A DNA stretch of 27,428 nt, taken from a virus. Its lineage: Duplodnaviria; Caudoviricetes. Location of the stretch: the IMG/VR virus record IMGVR_UViG_3300037851_000121, positions 1-27,428 of that record, one strand, 5' to 3'. Both the position numbers and the translations under genes were made by a program. Below, in pieces: positions 18,678 through 25,162 of this stretch. The notes under the pieces were generated by a model. It was not told where the DNA came from. It worked only from the letters and a program-made list of their open reading frames with translations, and searched no databases. Each line of letters opens with the position of its first letter. Positions within the stretch are counted from its first letter, which is position 1.

Positions 18678-18783
18678 AGATGTTCTGCCCCATGTCAGCG
18701 ATTCGATCCATGAAGATCAAGAAGAACCAGACGCAAACGGCAAGGCCAAAGCCTCCGACGATCCAGCCAAGTGGCGCAATCAT
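18583..18783 (-). CDS. Possible small antisense membrane protein
   Basis: MIAPLGWIVGGFGLAVCVWFFLIFMDRI..., one TM helix covering the gap after the gp16-position gene; no clear RBS. Confidence 0.3.
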   Translation of the reverse strand: MIAPLGWIVGGFGLAVCVWFFLIFMDRIADMGQNISMAQARKQSRAMHLRWLKEQSQPPGSTAEKP

Positions 18784-18802
18784 GGCGATGGAAGGATAAC
18801 AG

Positions 18803-19981
18803 ATGCCCGGCACTATCGCACCCTTCCCAAAGCACTTTTTCACTGACAACAACGGCTCTCCCGCCGTCGCACACAAGCTGTTCGTCTATGAGACCGGGAC
18901 GACGACGAAGACAAACAGCTACACCGATGTTGACCTGACCTCGGCCAACACGAACCCCATCATCCTCGACTCGGCGGGCCGCTGCACGATCTTCCTACCT
19001 CCGGGCTCATTCACGTTCGTCCTGGCCCCCTCGACCGACACCGATCCCCCGACCTCGCCTCTCTGGACCCAGGATAACGTCGAGCAGGTGCCTTCCGCCG
19101 GCTCCAACGTGGACATCGACGGAGTAGCCGGCGAGACGATTGATGAGGGCGAGCTGGTCTATCTCGAGGACGGCACGGGAGGGACCGCTGGTCGCTGGTA
19201 TCTCACCAACAACTTCGTCATCGCGGAGTCTACCGAGGTCCCCGCGTGGGGATTCGCGCTCAACGATGCGACCGTGGGCGAGGAGTTGGCGGTTAGGCGG
19301 TCGGGACGGGTGACGCTGGCGGGTCCGCTCACGGCCGGGACGATCTACTACATGAGCGACACGGCGGGGGCGCTCGAGACTCCGGCGCCGACGCCCGAGG
19401 CCGGCTTCGAGATGCCCTATGCGGTAGGCATCGCGGACTCGACCACCACGCTGGTATTTCCGTTGTCCTCACCCCAGGCCCACACCAAGGACGCGCTGAA
19501 GACGATTGCATTCAGCAGCGGCCAGAGCAATGCCGGTGGTGGCGGTGATACCGAGCTCACGTCCTATGACGTCTACCTGCCAGCAAACTACATCGGCGCC
19601 GCTGGGAATGCGCTCGTCATCGAAGGCACGATGAGCGTTGCGGCGAACGGGGACGCGAAGACGGTCAAGGTCCAGGTGGGGAGCGGTACGGCCGTCACGG
19701 TCTGGAGCTCGTCCGCGAACGTGGCGAACCATGTGGTGCCGTTTCGCATCGTGATCCGGCGCCGGACCTCGACCACGGGCTCTATCTCAAGCGTCTTCTG
19801 GCATGGTGTAGCGTCAGGGAACAACGCCGACCCTTACATGGTCTATACCACCATAGGGACGGTAGCATGGACATCGAACCAGTCGATCACGCTCTATTGC
19901 GCCGCGAACACGGTGACTTCGGTCACGATGAACGACTTGACGTACTATGCGCTCCGCAGCGGCAACGCGGCGACCGTATGA
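18803..19981 (+). CDS. Tailspike/tail fibre with P22-type head-binding N-terminal domain
   Basis: FTDNNGSP....KLFVYETGTTTK..SYTD.....NTNPIILDSAGR; then a small beta domain (AGETI..GELVYL...GFAL...G.V..LTAGTIYY) and a C-terminal beta-sandwich. Confidence 0.8.
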   Translation: MPGTIAPFPKHFFTDNNGSPAVAHKLFVYETGTTTKTNSYTDVDLTSANTNPIILDSAGRCTIFLPPGSFTFVLAPSTDTDPPTSPLWTQDNVEQVPSAGSNVDIDGVAGETIDEGELVYLEDGTGGTAGRWYLTNNFVIAESTEVPAWGFALNDATVGEELAVRRSGRVTLAGPLTAGTIYYMSDTAGALETPAPTPEAGFEMPYAVGIADSTTTLVFPLSSPQAHTKDALKTIAFSSGQSNAGGGGDTELTSYDVYLPANYIGAAGNALVIEGTMSVAANGDAKTVKVQVGSGTAVTVWSSSANVANHVVPFRIVIRRRTSTTGSISSVFWHGVASGNNADPYMVYTTIGTVAWTSNQSITLYCAANTVTSVTMNDLTYYALRSGNAATV

Positions 19982-20310
19982 GGGTGGCTTGGCTTCTCTT
20001 GCTGCTGGCCCTGGCGGCGCCAGCGGTGCAAGCGGATGGGCTCGAGCGCGGGCTGATCGTGGCGAGCCTGGCCGATCTGGCCTCGACGGAGTATGGCCTC
20101 AGGGCATGCGGGACGTGCTACGAGGGCAACCCGCTCCTGCGGGGGACCGGAACCCGCGTCCTGCTGAAGACGGCCGGGACGGCGCTCGTGATCGCTGGTA
20201 CGCGGAGAGTCGAGCGAAGCAAGCCGAGGCTGGCTAAGGGGCTAAGGATTGGGCTGATCGTGCTCTACAGTGGCGCGGCGGTCCACAACATGCGGATTTC
20301 GCGGAGGTAG
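19978..20310 (+). CDS. Signal-peptide-bearing membrane protein, DUF5658-like
   Basis: ATGA overlap; signal peptide ending AVQA; ADLASTEYGL...EGNPLL...K motif; hydrophobic helices. Confidence 0.6.
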   Translation: MRVAWLLLLLALAAPAVQADGLERGLIVASLADLASTEYGLRACGTCYEGNPLLRGTGTRVLLKTAGTALVIAGTRRVERSKPRLAKGLRIGLIVLYSGAAVHNMRISRR

Positions 20311-20314
20311 CGGT

Positions 20315-20362
20315 ATGCCTTGCGGGAGCAAGAAGCGTCCGAAGTCGAAGACGAAGAAGTAA
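20315..20362 (+). CDS. 15-aa basic micro-peptide MPCGSKKRPKSKTKK
   Basis: GGAGGT at 20303-20308, 6 nt before ATG; clean TAA. Confidence 0.5.
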   Translation: MPCGSKKRPKSKTKK

Positions 20363-20373
20363 GCTGGATAATC

Positions 20374-20432
20374 GGCCGGCCAGAGCAAATCCCCCGCTCG
20401 GGAAAGCAGGGTATCGGACGCCCTGGCCGGCC
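20374..20432. other. Branched stem-loop closing the late operon (terminator or processing-site candidate)
   Basis: Perfect 10-bp stem GGCCGGCCAG/CTGGCCGGCC with inner CCC/GGG and GCT/AGC pairing; no U-tract directly after. Confidence 0.4.
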
Positions 20433-20447
20433 TGTCCCGTTGTCATT

Positions 20448-20500
20448 TTGACACACCCGTCAAGAAAGTGCTTGTTCTGAGCCGTTTCAGGGCGTAGACT
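20448..20500 (+). promoter_or_regulatory. Putative promoter with upstream palindromic site
   Basis: TTGAC-N6-GTCAA (20448-20463); TTGTTC (20472-20477), 17 nt, TAGACT (20495-20500). Confidence 0.45.
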
Positions 20501-20506
20501 TCGTAG

Positions 20507-20910
20507 AACGGCGCTCGCCGGACAGGGCTCCACCCCAGAGCTTCTAACAACTGGGGGGAGCGGCGGGAGCCACCGAGGTGCAGTCGGTGACAGAGAAACA
20601 ATACATCGTTTCCGAAGATACCGCAAGCCCTCGGCCCCAATCTTTTCAGCCTTGGTTGAGGGGAACCCAAAGACGAAGGCGCGGACCTACCGTACCAGCA
20701 AACAGCCGGACTCTCAGTCAAAGCTTCTACTGCCCCCGCGAGGGGGAGGCTCTACCGGGCAACGCGCCAGTGGTCCCGTTCTGCGGGCACAACGTATCGT
20801 GGATCTGGCATCCGCCCTGCGCCCCGGTTCCAAATCCGTCCCGTAACTGGAGAAGCGTCAAAGGCTAATCGCCAGCAAAGAGCCCTAACCGGCTGAGGGC
20901 TGGCGGCGTG
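20507..20910 (+). ncRNA. Candidate structured non-coding RNA or replication-origin region
   Basis: At least six hairpins in ~400 nt including CCCCC-GCGA-GGGGG; only unconvincing ORFs. Confidence 0.35.
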
Positions 20911-20951
20911 GAGGGTACGGACGGACGAGGAAGGGCGGAGGTGTCCCCCGA

Positions 20952-21027
20952 AAACATTAAGAATGTTTCTCCATGCCCCGCACAAAAGCCCTTGACATGT
21001 CCCGCACATGGCGTTAGATTGTCGGCC
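20952..21027 (+). promoter_or_regulatory. Near-consensus sigma70 promoter with operator-like repeats
   Basis: TTGACA (20992-20997), 17 nt, TAGATT (21015-21020); CATGYCCCGCACA direct repeats at 20972 and 20996; AAACATT-AAG-AATGTTT palindrome at 20952-20968. Confidence 0.75.
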
Positions 21028-21192
21028 ATGGGAGACGAGTGGCAGAGGTTGGAGGACGAAGCGGCGGCCAAGATCAGCGAGGCCATGCGCCTGCTCAACA
21101 AGCAGCGTTGGGCGAAGGCCACTCCAGAGGACCGCAAGCGTGTAGGTAAGGCGCTGGCGAAGGCCCGCAAGGCCAAGAGGAGGAAGAAGTGA
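21028..21192 (+). CDS. Small basic protein, probably leaderless; putative nucleic-acid-binding regulator
   Basis: ATG follows 7 nt after the -10 box with no RBS; RWAKATPEDRK...KARKAKRRKK. Confidence 0.65.
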   Translation: MGDEWQRLEDEAAAKISEAMRLLNKQRWAKATPEDRKRVGKALAKARKAKRRKK

Positions 21193-21512
21193 GCCAGGAC
21201 GACACGCCGACCAGGCCGTCCATGCGGGTGGAGCGTCGTTTGATGGACCGTGCCCGTCAGGACTGGCAGCCCGACCCCGAGCTGGTTCGTGAGTGCGCCG
21301 GGGTGTTCGAGTTCTACGGCGGGGACTGCGGACCCATGGGCGAGGATGTCGTTCGCCGCGTGCTGTCGGCTGCGGCGGCGTGGCACGCCCGCAAGGACGC
21401 CGAGGAGCGTCGCCACGCCGCGCTCCGGGACGGGTCCCCGGTGGGCGAGGTGCTGAGGCAGTTGTCCGAGGTGCGGCGCCGCGCGGCCGAGCACGCCAAG
21501 GACAAGGAGTAG
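21189..21512 (+). CDS. Hypothetical protein, possible ribbon-helix-helix-like N-terminus
   Basis: GTGA overlap, GAGGAGG upstream; TRPSMRVERRLMDRAR. Confidence 0.6.
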   Translation: MSQDDTPTRPSMRVERRLMDRARQDWQPDPELVRECAGVFEFYGGDCGPMGEDVVRRVLSAAAAWHARKDAEERRHAALRDGSPVGEVLRQLSEVRRRAAEHAKDKE

Positions 21513-21516
21513 CGCC

Positions 21517-21672
21517 ATGCCGATCTTCGACGAGGATCTGAGCCCTGAGGACTGGGCGATCATCGAGATGTACGACGCGCAGGAGTTCGACCGCATGGAG
21601 GAGATCCGGCACAGATTCCGCGAGGATGACGAGTGCCGTGACTACGAGCCCGAGGCGACCGATGGCGAGTGA
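21517..21672 (+). CDS. 51-aa highly acidic protein (not in the ORF track)
   Basis: AAGGAG RBS; MPIFDEDLSPEDWAIIEMYDAQEFDRMEEIRHRFREDDECRDYEPEATDGE. Confidence 0.7.
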   Translation: MPIFDEDLSPEDWAIIEMYDAQEFDRMEEIRHRFREDDECRDYEPEATDGE

Positions 21673-21868
21673 CAAGCCCACGCTGAAGACGGCCCTGGAT
21701 GCGCTCTACAAGGCCGGGATGCAGATCGAGTTTCTGCGGCTCGAGTATCACGAGCCCGGTCGGACGCAGGACGTGCTCGACAACATCTCGTTGGAGCTGC
21801 AGCACTGCTGCCAGAATCTCGACGGGGAGATCAAGGCGCTGGCAAGGTGGCCGGAGGATCGGCAATGA
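21662..21868 (+). CDS. Hypothetical protein
   Basis: Overlap-coupled to both neighbours. Confidence 0.6.
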   Translation: MASDKPTLKTALDALYKAGMQIEFLRLEYHEPGRTQDVLDNISLELQHCCQNLDGEIKALARWPEDRQ

Positions 21869-22200
21869 GCGCTGAGGAGCCGGAAACTTTTGGCTGGGCA
21901 GCGTGCATGGAGGATGAGAGGCTTGAGGGGCCGGCACCGTTTGGCTGGAAGCCCTGCATGAACTGCGGAGAGCGTAGGCCAGACACGAGTGTTTTCGGCG
22001 GCTGGTGCTCGTCCTGCGCGGGTGAGGGGCAGACGGCAGCCGAGGTGCATCGGTCGAACATGCAGGCGACGCTGCTGAACGCGGAGAAGCTGCTGGAGAT
22101 CAAGCGGCGCCGCCGCGATCCGGTGCGAGAGGTCACCTGGTGGGAGGGTCGGATCGCGGCGATTAAGAGTGCGTTGAGCCACCCGAGCGAGGAACGCTAA
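21865..22200 (+). CDS. Zn-ribbon hypothetical protein
   Basis: GGAGGA RBS, ATGA overlap; CMNC...CSSC. Confidence 0.6.
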   Translation: MSAEEPETFGWAACMEDERLEGPAPFGWKPCMNCGERRPDTSVFGGWCSSCAGEGQTAAEVHRSNMQATLLNAEKLLEIKRRRRDPVREVTWWEGRIAAIKSALSHPSEER

Positions 22201-22682
22201 TGAGTGATTGGATCGGTAAGACACCGATAGCCGACGAGTGGCGCGAGATCCTTGAGAATCACGTCAAGTGGCTGTACTTCAGTGGCGGCCAGCGCGCGGA
22301 CCTCCAGGCCGCGGACCTCCGGGGCGCGAACCCCCAGGCCGCGAAAAATGGTGATCTGGAAATAGCGCGAACGCGCATCCTGCCCGAAGGCGACCTGATC
22401 GGCTGGAAGAAGTGCCGCCGAGGTGTGATCGTTCAACTCCTGATCCCGCTCGCCGCGAAGCGGTCGCATGCGTTCGGACGGAAGTGCCGCGCAGAGGCGG
22501 CGGTGGTAATGGCGACGTTCCCGCCGAACATGAAGGCTGAGAGTTGCCACACTGAGGGCTTCTACTACGAGACGGGGCAGATCGTGCGGCCGGACAAGTG
22601 GGACGGGGACTGGACCAACGAGTGTGGTGGCGGCATTCACTTCTACATCACGCGGGCCGAGGCGGAAGCGCATGAGTCGTGA
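22200..22682 (+). CDS. Pentapeptide-repeat / DUF5758-like protein
   Basis: ILENHVKWL...G.RADLQAADLRGAN; LPEGDLIGWKKC...IVQLLIP..AKRS...GRKCRAE.A...ECGGGIHFYITR.EA. Confidence 0.8.
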   Translation: MSDWIGKTPIADEWREILENHVKWLYFSGGQRADLQAADLRGANPQAAKNGDLEIARTRILPEGDLIGWKKCRRGVIVQLLIPLAAKRSHAFGRKCRAEAAVVMATFPPNMKAESCHTEGFYYETGQIVRPDKWDGDWTNECGGGIHFYITRAEAEAHES

Positions 22683-22914
22683 TCTCATCTGCCAGTGCCA
22701 GTACTGCGGTCGGGTCCGCGTGGGAGATGAGTGGACGCGCGATCCCTCCGTGGAGCCTGACGTGGTGGGGCACTGTCCGACGTGTGGCGAGCTGCGGCTG
22801 CGGCAGATGCAACTGAAGTATGCGCGTGAAGGGCGCGAGCTGTTGCGGCGCAGGGCGAAGGGGTACGGGCCGGGGACGGGTGATCCGTTCGCTGGATTCA
22901 GAGGGGGGGAGTAA
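22672..22914 (+). CDS. Zn-ribbon hypothetical protein
   Basis: CQYC...GHCPTC; overlaps the upstream stop. Confidence 0.6.
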   Translation: MSRDLICQCQYCGRVRVGDEWTRDPSVEPDVVGHCPTCGELRLRQMQLKYAREGRELLRRRAKGYGPGTGDPFAGFRGGE

Positions 22915-23292
22915 ATGAAGATCGGGAGTGCGTTTCCGGGGACGTATCTCAAGGCATCGGATCTCCAGGGCCGTCGCGTGCAGGTGACAATCGAGCGGGT
23001 GGAGATGGAGGACATCGGCGGCGACCAGAAGCCGGTGATCCACTTCCGTGGCAAGGACCGCGCCCTGGTGCTGAACAAGACGAACGCGAACAGCGTGTGG
23101 GGCATCAACGGCAGCGACGACACGGACGACTGGCCGGGGACGGTGGTGGTGTTGTACCCGAGCAAGACGGACTTCCAGGGGAAGCGGGTGGACTGCATCC
23201 GCATCGACCCGCCCGACACATCAGCGCGGCCGCAGTCGAGGCGTGAGCCAACCCCCCCGGCCGACAGCGATTCGGACGAGGTGCCGTTCTAG
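22915..23292 (+). CDS. Phage OB-fold ssDNA-binding/recombination protein
   Basis: FPGTYLKASDL, KPVIHF..K..LVLNKTNA; SSB-like acidic tail DSDSDEVPF. Confidence 0.7.
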   Translation: MKIGSAFPGTYLKASDLQGRRVQVTIERVEMEDIGGDQKPVIHFRGKDRALVLNKTNANSVWGINGSDDTDDWPGTVVVLYPSKTDFQGKRVDCIRIDPPDTSARPQSRREPTPPADSDSDEVPF

Positions 23293-23294
23293 CC

Positions 23295-23717
23295 ATGTCA
23301 CGCTTCAGGGCCACGGTTGACGCCGAGGGACGGTTGGTCCCGGTGGTGCGGGAGCGTCTCTGGCGTCAACGTGGTTCTGAGGTGTGGGTGTCGGTCCACA
23401 AGGGTCCGTGCGAGACGCGCACCGGCAAGAGCAACTCCTACCTCTGGGGGGTCGTCTATCGTGCGATCTGCGATAAGACGGGGAACGATCCTGAGACGGT
23501 CCATGAAGCGCTGAAGCGTGAGGCCCGACGGGTAGGGATTCTCGATCCCGTCTACACCGTGATTGGGTCGAGCTTGTTCGAGGACGATCCGACGACGGTA
23601 GTCGAGCAAGAGCAGTTCAGTCGATATGTGGACTGGATCAAGGAAGGCTGCGCGACGGGGAGCCTGATCGGATCGGTGCTGGTGATTCCCGATCCCCCAG
23701 ATGGGGGTGAAGCGTGA
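23295..23717 (+). CDS. NinB-like recombination protein
   Basis: RT..SNSYLWGVVY..I...TG...E.VHE.LK...T......FS.YVD.I pattern; follows the SSB-like gene. Confidence 0.6.
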   Translation: MSRFRATVDAEGRLVPVVRERLWRQRGSEVWVSVHKGPCETRTGKSNSYLWGVVYRAICDKTGNDPETVHEALKREARRVGILDPVYTVIGSSLFEDDPTTVVEQEQFSRYVDWIKEGCATGSLIGSVLVIPDPPDGGEA

Positions 23718-23797
23718 ACGCGCCGGGCACGAACGCTGCGCATGTCGATCGCAGAAGTGAATATCCCGCTGGCACGGTATGCGCGGATGGGGGAGTG

Positions 23798-24007
23798 ATG
23801 AAGACGCTGGAGCAGTGGAACAAGGATCGCCGTGCCGCCTACAAAACCGCCCGGATGCTCAAACTGCCACACGCAAACGGGATTGAGTGCCCGAAGTGCG
23901 GTGGAGAGCTATGGGACAGCGATCCATGCGTAACGCTTGCGAGCAATCCTCCGCAAAAGAACGTCCATTGCCCCGAGTGTGGGCATCGCGGGTATCGACT
24001 CGCGTGA
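23798..24007 (+). CDS. Zn-ribbon protein (alternative start 23714)
   Basis: GGGGAG RBS; CPKC...CPEC. Confidence 0.6.
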   Translation: MKTLEQWNKDRRAAYKTARMLKLPHANGIECPKCGGELWDSDPCVTLASNPPQKNVHCPECGHRGYRLA

Positions 24008-24038
24008 TCGCTTGGCTGATTGCGCTGGGGAGGACTCT

Positions 24039-24179
24039 GTGATCCCCGGCGTTGAGTTCCCGAGCCTGTTTGTGGAGGGGTGCGTCTGGTTCCTCGCTTC
24101 GATCCTGCTGGGGTTGGTGGATCTGCTGTACCGGAGTCGTGTGGTGCGTCGTATGGGGGGTGACGAGGATGGACGCTAA
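24039..24179 (+). CDS. Small single-TM protein
   Basis: GGGAGGA RBS, GTG start; hydrophobic CVWFLASILLGLVDLLY. Confidence 0.45.
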   Translation: MIPGVEFPSLFVEGCVWFLASILLGLVDLLYRSRVVRRMGGDEDGR

Positions 24180-24822
24180 GGAGCTGGCGCGGTACCTGAA
24201 GCGCGTCGGAGCTTGTCCGGAAGCGGTCGAATGGAGCAAGGGCAAGACGCTCGCAGAAGCATGGACGCAGTGCGAGCGGGCGGACTGGATGCTCTGGTTG
24301 GCGGCGAAGCGGATGCCGCGCAAGCGTGTTGTGCTCGCGGCGTGCGCGTGCGCGCGGACGGCGCTCAAGCGTATTCCTGTGGGAGAGGAGCGACCGGCTA
24401 AGGCCATTGAAACGGCTGAGCGATGGGCGCGCGGGGAGGCGACGATTACCGAGGTCCGCGCCGCCTACGCCGCCGCCGCCGCCGCCTACGCCGCCTACGC
24501 CGCTGCCGCCGACGCCGCCTACGCCGCCGCCGACGCCGCCGACGCCGCCTACGCCGCCGCCGACGCCGCCTACGCCTACGCCTACGCCGCCGACGCCGCC
24601 GCCGCCGCCGCCGCCTACGCCGCCTACGCCGCCGCCGCCGCCGCCGCCGCCTACGCCGCCTACGCCGCCGCCGACGCCGACGCCGCCGCCGCCTACGCCG
24701 TCGCCGACGCCGCTGCCGCCGCTGCCTACGCCTACGCCGCCGCACGAACGAAAGTTCTGCGCGAGATGGCGGATCTGGTGCGCGAGCAGATAAGCGCGGC
24801 CGACATCGAGGCAGGGGCATGA
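24169..24822 (+). CDS. Imm5-like helical protein with Ala/Tyr/Asp low-complexity repeat
   Basis: GACPEAVEW, CERADWMLW, ACACAR.AL, ERPAKAIE.AERWARGEAT, then ~95 residues of A/Y/D, then MADLVR. Confidence 0.75.
   Translation: MDAKELARYLKRVGACPEAVEWSKGKTLAEAWTQCERADWMLWLAAKRMPRKRVVLAACACARTALKRIPVGEERPAKAIETAERWARGEATITEVRAAYAAAAAAYAAYAAAADAAYAAADAADAAYAAADAAYAYAYAADAAAAAAAYAAYAAAAAAAAYAAYAAADADAAAAYAVADAAAAAAYAYAAARTKVLREMADLVREQISAADIEAGA
24460..24744 (+). repeat. Degenerate (GCC)n triplet repeat interrupted by TAC/GAC
   Basis: Directly visible; nearly all codons are GCC, TAC or GAC. Confidence 0.95.
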
Positions 24823-24909
24823 GCGAGCGTGTGTGTCGTCGCGGATCGGATGGTCCGACCGTGTTGGGAAAGGAGTCGTATGGCCTAACCCCGGACGGAG
24901 GGCAGAGCG

Positions 24910-24946
24910 TGCCGGGCCGGGGGGAGTCACAGGCCCCGGCCCGGCA
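24910..24946. other. Perfect GC-rich hairpin
   Basis: TGCCGGGCCGGGG-N11-CCCCGGCCCGGCA, 13-bp stem. Confidence 0.6.
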
Positions 24947-24967
24947 GTTGCGCGAGGAGACACAGGC

Positions 24968-25162
24968 ATGACCCTCAACAAGCGAGACGCGAAGCTTCGA
25001 TGGACAGCCGTGACCGTGCTGTTCCATGTGTCGCGCGTGGCGGACATGGCGGGCTCTGAAGCTATGCGCGACCATCCTCGCCGGGCGCTGCAGGCGATCA
25101 GCCGAGCCGAGGCGCATCTCGCCAAGGCCAAGCGGGCGCTGCGGGCATGGTGCAGGCCGTGA
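24968..25162 (+). CDS. Hypothetical protein
   Basis: GAGGAG RBS; abuts the methyltransferase start. Confidence 0.55.
   Translation: MTLNKRDAKLRWTAVTVLFHVSRVADMAGSEAMRDHPRRALQAISRAEAHLAKAKRALRAWCRP

Noticed and set aside
20374-20432. c-di-GMP-I riboswitch (GCAAA...GGACGC resemblance)
   Set aside because: The following AAAGCC/P3 arm is absent and the element is closed by a simple long stem
20448-20463. FNR/CRP box
   Set aside because: TTGAC-N6-GTCAA does not match FNR spacing (TTGAT-N4-ATCAA) or CRP half-sites; kept only as a generic palindrome
20578-20868. 96-aa and 64-aa ORFs in the intergenic region
   Set aside because: Pro/Arg/Ser-rich with no motifs and atypical codon use; not supportable as genes, though not excluded
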